Positions 7,548 through 14,383 of a DNA stretch of 32,000 nucleotides are shown piece after piece. The stretch covers positions 1 to 32,000 of the forward strand of contig NZ_MPKA01000090.1 of the NCBI RefSeq assembly GCF_001945605.1, in the 5' to 3' direction. The first letter of the stretch is position 1; each line of letters starts with the position of its first letter. The notes under the pieces are model-generated. The model searched no databases and was not told where the DNA came from. It saw only the letters and a list, made by a program, of their open reading frames with translations. The stretch is from Dubosiella newyorkensis (GTDB lineage: Bacteria; Bacillota_I; Bacilli_A; Erysipelotrichales; Erysipelotrichaceae). Made by a program: the position numbers and the translations under genes.

Positions 7548-9785
7548 ATGGATAAACAAAAATTGATCACATTCACAAGCGCGCTATCTGGCGTGGTTCT
7601 TGGAACAACCGCTATGATCACGCAACTAAAAGCAGAAGAAATCAAAACACACCCTTCTAATTCCCCCATAGAACAAGAATTCGATACGACCGAAGCTTCT
7701 CAAGAAGTACAAGATCAATATGCTTTGGAAGAAGAGTCGACCGAAACAAAAAACGAGAAAAAATCGAGCTTCGTTTCAGAACTCGACTCAAACGCTTCAT
7801 TAGAAGAAGAAGGACAAGAGGAATCAATCGAAAACAATGAAGATGAAATACCGAATGAAGAAATCCAAGATCTAAAGATCGCAGGGGCAGGCGCTAACCA
7901 GCTCTTACAAGATGGCGATTACACGATCCAAAGTGCTGTAGATCAAAAATATGTCGTAGACGTAAGTGGAGGCGGAAAACAAAATGGACAAAACATCCAA
8001 ATCTACGAAAACAATGACACCGCCGCGCAAATCTGGAAAGTCCGCTACGATCAAAAAGACGGCACCTATTCCTTCTGGAACGCAGGATCAGGAAAAGTTC
8101 TCGATGTTACAGGAGCCCTGATCCAAAGCGGCACGAACATCCAGCAATATGAATGGAACGGAACAAAGGCCCAAAAATGGATCTTAACACCAACAACGGC
8201 CGGCTTCAAGATCACCTCCGCACTCCATGCAGACTATGTACTCGACCTATACGGAGGCTATGCGACAAACACAAGCAACCTTCAATTGTATAAATCTAAC
8301 AACACCAAAGCCCAACGATGGAACTTTTTACACTATATTTCGAAAGAAGAAACGTTGAAAGATTTAGCCATTAAAAATGTCAAAACACTCGTTGATGGAG
8401 ACTATACGATTTCCAATGTCACCAATAACTATGTATTAAGCGTAGAAAATGGACAAAATAAAAATGGAGCAAATGTAGACCTGGAAAAAAATTATAATTT
8501 TTCTAGTCAAGTTTGGAGAGTCAACCACGATCAAAATGGGTTTATCACCTTTACGAACCTTGGTACAGGAAAAGTCCTCGACGTATTGGGCGCTCAAACC
8601 AACAATGGAAACAACGTTCAATTGTATTCAAACAATGGAACACGCGCTCAAAAATGGGTGGCCATCAAAAGTGGGAACAATTATCAAATCGTATCTGCGC
8701 TAGATCCATATATTCTATTAACGAATTCAAACATGAACAGTACGATCTATGGCAATAAAGGAAATCACGCCTCCCAAACGTGGACTTTCATAAAAGCAGA
8801 ATCTTTAAGAACAAGAATTGATCGTTTAGCTTCTAAAAATAAGAACACAATCAGCGATGGATATTATACGATCCATACGAATCTTGATCCAAATTTTGTT
8901 CTAGATGTAAGCAATGCTTCTAAAGAAAATGGAGCCAATATTCAATTGTATACATCCAACAATACGTTTGCTCAACAATTTAGAGTGCTCAATGATAATC
9001 GTGGATATGTCACGATCCAAAACATCAATTCAGGAAAACTATTGACAGCCGCTTCAGCTGTAAAAAATATGACTAATGTCATTCAAAATGAATTAAACAA
9101 GAGTTCCTACTTGGATAAATGGATCTTGATAAAAAATACGAATGGAACGATCTCGATCGTTTCCGCAGAAAATGACGCCTTCGTTTTAGATGTTACAGCG
9201 GCTCTTGGAATGAATGGGACCAACATCCAATTGTATGAATCCAATGGAACAAAAGCCCAACAATTCACATTCAAACAAGTTGCCAACGATGCTCTATGGA
9301 TCTCGACAAACAATTATTTAACCATCAGCCAAATGGAACATAACGCGACCCTAGTTTGGAACTTTTTTAAAAACCAAGGCTGGACACCGAATGCCGTATC
9401 CGCGATCCTAGGCAATATGCAAGCAGAATCCAATATTAACCCAGGCTTATGGGAAGGGCGCGAAGAAAACAATCTTGATCGTGGATTTGGTTTAGTGCAA
9501 TGGACACCAGCAACCAATGTGATCAATTGGCTCATAGAGAGAGGATATTCCATCACAAGCGGATATGGACAATGCGCTAAGATTTTAGACGAATATCAAT
9601 ATGGCGGACAATATTATGCCACCAAAGAATATCCTTTGAATTTCTACCAATTTGTAAATTCCAAAGAAACGCCAGAATATTTAGCTCTAGCTTTTTTGAA
9701 CAATTATGAACGGCCATATAACCGGAATCAGCCACAACGTTCAGTTTACGCAAGAAATTGGTACAATTTTATAACAAAGCTTTAA
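7548..9785 (+). CDS. secreted lysozyme-like peptidoglycan hydrolase (phage-tail-lysozyme-type domain) with N-terminal 3 x ricin-type lectin array
   Basis: RBS AGGAGA lies before ATG 7548, followed by a signal peptide and an acidic linker. Nine QxW-type subrepeats follow the same degeneracy pattern as the preceding gene (QIW, QKW, QRW, QVW, QKW, QTW, QQF, DKW, QQF). The C-terminus AILGNMQAESNINPGLWEG...GFGLVQWTP...FLNNYERP resembles the Phage_lysozyme2 family. Confidence 0.88.
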   Translation: MDKQKLITFTSALSGVVLGTTAMITQLKAEEIKTHPSNSPIEQEFDTTEASQEVQDQYALEEESTETKNEKKSSFVSELDSNASLEEEGQEESIENNEDEIPNEEIQDLKIAGAGANQLLQDGDYTIQSAVDQKYVVDVSGGGKQNGQNIQIYENNDTAAQIWKVRYDQKDGTYSFWNAGSGKVLDVTGALIQSGTNIQQYEWNGTKAQKWILTPTTAGFKITSALHADYVLDLYGGYATNTSNLQLYKSNNTKAQRWNFLHYISKEETLKDLAIKNVKTLVDGDYTISNVTNNYVLSVENGQNKNGANVDLEKNYNFSSQVWRVNHDQNGFITFTNLGTGKVLDVLGAQTNNGNNVQLYSNNGTRAQKWVAIKSGNNYQIVSALDPYILLTNSNMNSTIYGNKGNHASQTWTFIKAESLRTRIDRLASKNKNTISDGYYTIHTNLDPNFVLDVSNASKENGANIQLYTSNNTFAQQFRVLNDNRGYVTIQNINSGKLLTAASAVKNMTNVIQNELNKSSYLDKWILIKNTNGTISIVSAENDAFVLDVTAALGMNGTNIQLYESNGTKAQQFTFKQVANDALWISTNNYLTISQMEHNATLVWNFFKNQGWTPNAVSAILGNMQAESNINPGLWEGREENNLDRGFGLVQWTPATNVINWLIERGYSITSGYGQCAKILDEYQYGGQYYATKEYPLNFYQFVNSKETPEYLALAFLNNYERPYNRNQPQRSVYARNWYNFITKL

Positions 9786-9816
9786 AAAGGATGGGTTGAC
9801 AACCTTTCCTTTTTTA
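9785..9816 (+). terminator. possible rho-independent terminator after the lysozyme-like gene
   Basis: AAAGGA...TCCTTT arms with an inner GGTT/AACC pairing, followed by TTTTTT (9811-9815). The structure is imperfect. Confidence 0.35.
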
Positions 9817-9878
9817 TAGTTATCAGGAAAAATGATCGCATATAATACTGATATAATAGAAATACGAGGAGAGAGCCT

Positions 9879-11321
9879 ATGAAAACTAAGCATGCTATTT
9901 ATCTTGTACTTACGATATTCCTTGCTTTTCTATTCATGAATGGAGAACCTATGATAGTAAAAGCCCAACAATCGGATCAAGAAATGAACCCTAAATTGAG
10001 TACTGAAAAAAATGCGAGCCTTGAATTAAAGAGCATGATCGAACAAGAACTTTATCACCAACGAAAAGATCAACCTACCCCAAAAATCGCATCCTTGAAA
10101 ATCCAAAACAATAGGATCGTTGACCAAAAAGGGAAACCGTTCGTACTAAAAGGGATTTCGACCCACGGCATCGCTTGGTTTCCAGAAATCATCAATCAAA
10201 ATAGTTTTACACGATTCAGGGACGATTTTGGGTTGAATACCGTTCGCATAGCTATGTATACTGCTGAAGATGGAGGCTATTGCACAGGAGGAGATCAACA
10301 AAACTTAGAATCGCGCATCGACCAAGGCGTTCAGCTCTGTCAACAATTGAACCTCTATTGCATCATCGATTGGCATATTTTATCCGATCAAGACCCGCTT
10401 CAATATAAAGATCAATCCAAATTGTTCTTTGAAAAAATGGCCCAAAAATACGGAAAAACCCCAAACGTCATCTTTGAAATCTGCAATGAACCCAATGGAA
10501 ATACGACATGGAACGATGTTACCCAATACGCTAATCAAATTATCCCAGCCATAAGAGAACATTCAAACAATCTAATCATCGTCGGAACGCCTACATGGTC
10601 GCAAGATATCGATCAAGCCGCCAGAAAACCATTAAAATACTCCAACATCGCTTACGCCCTCCATTTCTATGCCGCAACCCATAAAGACGATCTAAGAAAC
10701 AAGTACCTTCAAAATGTGAATAAAATACCGATCATCGTCAGCGAATATGGAATTTGCGACGCAAGCGGCAATGGAAACATCGATGAAGCAAACGCCAAAC
10801 AATGGATCGATCTATTAAATAAGAATCAAACAGGAAGGATCCTATGGAACGCATCCAATAAACAAGAAACATCTTCGATTCTTGTACCAGATGCGAACAT
10901 GGAAACATGGAGCCTGTCAGACCTTTCCCCAACAGGACATTGGTTGCTTGACCAAGCAAATCAGAAGAAACCAATAAAATCAGAAAAAAAGGCAGAAGCC
11001 AGAGCTAAACTAACTACAACCTTCCAAGAAACAAATCATTGGGAAAATGGAAATCAATACAGCATGCAGTATTTAGCCTCGATCCAAAACAATACAAATA
11101 AAACAGCTAGCTCTTGGCGTTTTGAAATCAAATTTCCTGAACCCGTTCAGATCGATGATTATTGGAACTGCGAAATCGAACACATTGACCAACGAACATT
11201 CATCTTCAGCAATAAAGAGTATAATTCCAAAATCAAAGCCGAGGATTCAATACAAGATATTGGATGCATCGTTACGAGCGATTCTTTGATCGATCCAAAG
11301 ACGATTCAAATAAATCCATAA
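9879..11321 (+). CDS. secreted glycoside hydrolase family 5 (cellulase-type endo-beta-glucanase) with C-terminal CBM2-like module
   Basis: RBS GAGGAG and a signal peptide ending VKAQQ. GH5 signatures are present: GISTHG, VRIAMY, IIDWH, the acid/base Glu in FEICNEPNG, HFYAATH, and the nucleophile Glu in IIVSEYG. The last ~100 aa (NHWENGNQY...SSWRFEIKF...DDYWNCE) resemble a family 2 carbohydrate-binding module. Confidence 0.9.
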   Translation: MKTKHAIYLVLTIFLAFLFMNGEPMIVKAQQSDQEMNPKLSTEKNASLELKSMIEQELYHQRKDQPTPKIASLKIQNNRIVDQKGKPFVLKGISTHGIAWFPEIINQNSFTRFRDDFGLNTVRIAMYTAEDGGYCTGGDQQNLESRIDQGVQLCQQLNLYCIIDWHILSDQDPLQYKDQSKLFFEKMAQKYGKTPNVIFEICNEPNGNTTWNDVTQYANQIIPAIREHSNNLIIVGTPTWSQDIDQAARKPLKYSNIAYALHFYAATHKDDLRNKYLQNVNKIPIIVSEYGICDASGNGNIDEANAKQWIDLLNKNQTGRILWNASNKQETSSILVPDANMETWSLSDLSPTGHWLLDQANQKKPIKSEKKAEARAKLTTTFQETNHWENGNQYSMQYLASIQNNTNKTASSWRFEIKFPEPVQIDDYWNCEIEHIDQRTFIFSNKEYNSKIKAEDSIQDIGCIVTSDSLIDPKTIQINP

Positions 11322-11384
11322 AATAAATATTGCTTTCTTTTGCATAACCCAGTACAATCCATTAAATGGGAGGGTCTAACTTAC

Positions 11385-13442
11385 ATGTGGATATTTTTAA
11401 GCACATTATCATATATATTCTTTCTTTTATTGAATATTATCATTTACGCAAAATATTATTTTACCTCGCGACTCACGGTCGGTGGATTTGCTCAAGTGCT
11501 CTATACGCTTCAAAACAGCATGTCCGGATCCGAAAACACAGTCGCCGAAGTGATTGGAGATTTCTTCGCGCGTCAATGGCCTCTGTTGCTGATCGGAACG
11601 CTCGCTTACATCGCGCTGCTGCTCGTTTATATTTACAATAAACAAGGAATACTCAAAACAAAGTTCGATCCCGCCAAATTTACGCAAACACTCAAAGGAG
11701 GCATCATCGTTCTTCTTTGCCTGATGATCTCTGTCGATACTTTTCAAGGAATCGCTTTATATGAAATGCTCGGTATCGGAGAATATCAAGCAAGTCTAGG
11801 AAAAGAAAGTGATCTATACGAAAAATATTATGTCGATGCCAATACGACCGAAATCAAGTTTCCCGAGAAGAAAAGAAATTTGATCTATATATTGTGTGAA
11901 TCCATGGAACAAAGCTATACCGACACAAAAGAAGGTGGCGGCTTTAAAAAGTCGCTCATTCCTGAGCTTACAAAGCTAGCCAAAGAAAACACCGACTTCT
12001 CCGCAAAAGACGACAAAAATTTGAACGGAGGATTAACCCCAGGCAATACAGTATGGACGATCGCCGGAATCGCGGCGCAATCGATGGCCATCCCCCTCAA
12101 TATCGGGAATGGAGAATTCAACCGCAACTTTGAAGATTCGAGCCAGTTCATGCCGACAGTACAAGGACTCGGGGATATTTTAGAGGACGAAGGCTACCAT
12201 AATTACTTTATGTGCGGATCCGATGCCGCGTTCGCGGGCCGTAAAAACTATTACGAGCAACACGGAAACTATCAAATCTTCGACTACAATACCGCTAAAA
12301 AAGATGGGATCATCGATGACGACTACTACGTGTTCTGGGGATATGAAGATAAAAAACTCTTTCAATACGCTAAAAAAGAACTAACGGACATCGCAAAAAA
12401 TGATCAACCATTCAACTTTACGATGCTGACTGTAGACACCCACTTTCAAGATGGATACAAATGTCCAGACTGTCCTGATGAATTTGATTCCCAATACGAA
12501 AATGTCATCAAATGTTCAGACCATAAAGTCGCCGAATTTGTAAAATGGTGCCAAAAACAAGATTTCTACAAAGACACGACAATCGTGATCGCGGGAGATC
12601 ACCAAAGCATGGACGGCTTTGTCGCCGAAGCCGTACCGGATGATTTCACGAGAAAAACATTCTTCACAGTCATCAACGGTCCTGAATATAAACTCAATCG
12701 AACTCGAGAATATTCGACAATGGATATTTTCCCGACAATCTTGGAATCATTAGGCGCGACGATCCAAGGAAGCCGCTTAGGATTAGGGACATCCTTGTAT
12801 TCAGAAACACCTACGCTCATCGAATTGTTAGGTTACGATGAACTTAATCGACAAATGAGTTATACTTCAAAATTCTATAATGAAGTCATCATGAGCGGAG
12901 ATGAATCGAAGATGCCAAAAAAAGAGGGAGAAGAGGAACAACAACCGCAAGAAGAACAACAAGTCGTTCAAGCTCCGACCGCACAAGAATATCAAGCCAA
13001 TCGGGACAACTTCTCCGACTCCAATTATGTATGGACACCACCCGTGTATAATGAACCAGTCTATAACGAACCTAGCTATACGCCACCAGCCCAAGACACT
13101 GGAACAGACAATCCAGGAGACAGTGGAACAACGACTCCACCATCGACAGGAGGAGATAGCGGAACGACGACTCCGCCATCAACAGGAGGAGATAGTGGAA
13201 GTACGACTCCACCATCGACAGGAGGGGATAGCGGAACAACCACCCCACCTTCAAGCGGAGGAGATAGCGGAACAACCACGCCACCTTTAGGTGGAGGAGA
13301 TAGTGGAACAACGACCCCACCATCAACAGGAGGAGATAGCGGAACCACAACGCCACCTTCGACAGGAGGAGATAGCGGGGGAACAACCCCACCATCAACA
13401 GGAGGAGACAGCGGAACGATGCAATCCGCTCCTACAGAATAA
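11385..13442 (+). CDS. LtaS/MdoB-family sulfatase-fold (phosphoglycerol-type) transferase with C-terminal Thr/Pro-rich repeat tail
   Basis: The track ORF starts at TTG 11340. I prefer ATG 11385, which lies 10 nt after GGGAGGG. There are N-terminal TM helices, then NLIYILCESMEQSY, GNTVWTIAG, TVDTHFQ and IAGDHQS, typical of the LTA-synthase/OpgB sulfatase fold. The tail has PVYNEPVYNEP and then GGDSGTTTPPST repeats. Confidence 0.85.
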   Translation: MWIFLSTLSYIFFLLLNIIIYAKYYFTSRLTVGGFAQVLYTLQNSMSGSENTVAEVIGDFFARQWPLLLIGTLAYIALLLVYIYNKQGILKTKFDPAKFTQTLKGGIIVLLCLMISVDTFQGIALYEMLGIGEYQASLGKESDLYEKYYVDANTTEIKFPEKKRNLIYILCESMEQSYTDTKEGGGFKKSLIPELTKLAKENTDFSAKDDKNLNGGLTPGNTVWTIAGIAAQSMAIPLNIGNGEFNRNFEDSSQFMPTVQGLGDILEDEGYHNYFMCGSDAAFAGRKNYYEQHGNYQIFDYNTAKKDGIIDDDYYVFWGYEDKKLFQYAKKELTDIAKNDQPFNFTMLTVDTHFQDGYKCPDCPDEFDSQYENVIKCSDHKVAEFVKWCQKQDFYKDTTIVIAGDHQSMDGFVAEAVPDDFTRKTFFTVINGPEYKLNRTREYSTMDIFPTILESLGATIQGSRLGLGTSLYSETPTLIELLGYDELNRQMSYTSKFYNEVIMSGDESKMPKKEGEEEQQPQEEQQVVQAPTAQEYQANRDNFSDSNYVWTPPVYNEPVYNEPSYTPPAQDTGTDNPGDSGTTTPPSTGGDSGTTTPPSTGGDSGSTTPPSTGGDSGTTTPPSSGGDSGTTTPPLGGGDSGTTTPPSTGGDSGTTTPPSTGGDSGGTTPPSTGGDSGTMQSAPTE
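13113..13418 (+). repeat. in-frame 36-bp tandem repeat, ~8.5 copies, encoding (G/P)GDSGTTTPPST
   Basis: Read directly. The units are head-to-tail with no spacers. Copies differ mainly at synonymous third positions, for example ggaggagatagcggaacgacgactccgccatcaaca versus ggaggagatagtggaacaacgaccccaccatcaaca. Confidence 0.95.
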
Positions 13443-13448
13443 ATACAA

Positions 13449-13489
13449 AAAACAGAGTTTGCATTCATTGAACAAACTCTGTTTTTTTC
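13449..13489. terminator. bidirectional rho-independent terminator between convergent genes
   Basis: A perfect 11-bp stem, AACAGAGTTTG (13451-13461) with CAAACTCTGTT (13473-13483), and an 11-nt loop. An A-run lies upstream and TTTTTTT downstream. Confidence 0.85.
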
Positions 13490-13491
13490 AT

Positions 13492-14271
13492 TCAAGCATC
13501 CGCTTTCTTTTTGGTATTATACATATTTTCAGCCCACTGACTATAAAATGGCTGAAGGAAATGAACACCATCTTCTTGATAAATATTCGCTTGTCCGCCT
13601 TGCGCTAGCGCATCATTATCAATATACGTCCAACCATTTCTATCGCACATCGCTTTGATCTTCGCATTGAAGGCATCCACCTTATCCCATCTAGGCGACT
13701 TTTGAAGCGCGGTAGGCGTGGCCGGAATGATCGAATTTACATAAACATGCGCCTCAGGATCGACAGCCAAAAGTTTCTTGATCTGCTCCTCGTAGACGAC
13801 ATCGTATCCAGGATCACCTTCATTTTCACCGATATTCAATCCCATATCGTTGACTCCATACGAAAAAAACAAATTCTTAGGCTGCCTTTGTTTAACCGTC
13901 TCGATCCCTTCATCAATATTCATGATCGTATGGCCCGCATCTGCTAAAACATTTTCAGCAGGAAAAAAACCATAACTCTCAAAACCATAAACCCTTGAAT
14001 CGCCAAAAATCAAAAAGTCTCTGAATAAATCAAAGATCTCCAAGGAACCATTGCCCATCATCTGCTCGAGTTCTTCTTGATCACGCGTTGCAAGATCATT
14101 TTTCAGCTGGACAATATCTTTAGATTTCTGCGTCCGCAAGTAAGACAAACCAGAAGCTGTCTCATCAAAACGAAAGAACAAAAACCAAACGCTCGATCCG
14201 ATCAAAAGAAGCAAAAAAACAACCAAAATAATTTTAAAGTACGTTTTGAACCATAATTTAAATTTCATCAT
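13492..14271 (-). CDS. membrane-anchored SGNH/GDSL-family hydrolase (esterase/acyl-esterase)
   Basis: RBS AAGGGGA. An N-terminal TM anchor (IILVVFLLLLIGSSVWFLFF) is followed by block I LIFGDSRVYGF, block III YGVND and block V DGVHF. Confidence 0.85.
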   Translation of the reverse strand: MMKFKLWFKTYFKIILVVFLLLLIGSSVWFLFFRFDETASGLSYLRTQKSKDIVQLKNDLATRDQEELEQMMGNGSLEIFDLFRDFLIFGDSRVYGFESYGFFPAENVLADAGHTIMNIDEGIETVKQRQPKNLFFSYGVNDMGLNIGENEGDPGYDVVYEEQIKKLLAVDPEAHVYVNSIIPATPTALQKSPRWDKVDAFNAKIKAMCDRNGWTYIDNDALAQGGQANIYQEDGVHFLQPFYSQWAENMYNTKKKADA

Positions 14272-14368
14272 TTATATCCCCTTATGCTGTCTATCATACC
14301 TTATATCGATCAAAATGAATCAAACAAACGATCTTTTTTTTTAAGTTCAGAAAAACTGTCATTCAATG

Positions 14369-14377
14369 TGATAAAAT
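14369..14377 (+). promoter_or_regulatory. extended -10 element TGaTAAAAT immediately upstream of the helicase start codon
   Basis: TGATAAAAT at 14369-14377 ends 6 nt before ATG 14384. I found no good -35 and no Shine-Dalgarno sequence in between. Confidence 0.3.
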
Positions 14378-14383
14378 GAACCT

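Noticed and set aside
2276-9785. Ricin-like toxin (AB toxin / ribosome-inactivating protein)
   Set aside because: Only the B-chain-type lectin fold (QxW trefoils) is present. No RIP A-chain-like region exists, and the non-lectin parts have peptidoglycan-hydrolase signatures.
9290-9785. Phage-tail-type lysozyme domain as evidence of a prophage
   Set aside because: No capsid, tail, portal, terminase, integrase or holin genes are nearby. The domain is fused to a signal peptide and to the same lectin array as the neighbouring chromosomal paralog.
13113-13418. 36-bp direct repeats that could be mistaken for a CRISPR array
   Set aside because: The units are contiguous with no spacers and lie in frame inside a CDS, where they encode a conserved peptide. 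No cas genes or leader are present.
12901-13608. Several long ORFs in other frames and on the opposite strand across the repeat region (12901..13290 +, 13291..13608 +, 13072..13398 -, 13076..13495 -)
   Set aside because: They are open only because the 36-bp in-frame repeat lacks stop codons in several frames. Their products are repetitive low-complexity strings, and they lack RBSs. They are fully contained in the well-supported LtaS-family gene and its terminator.
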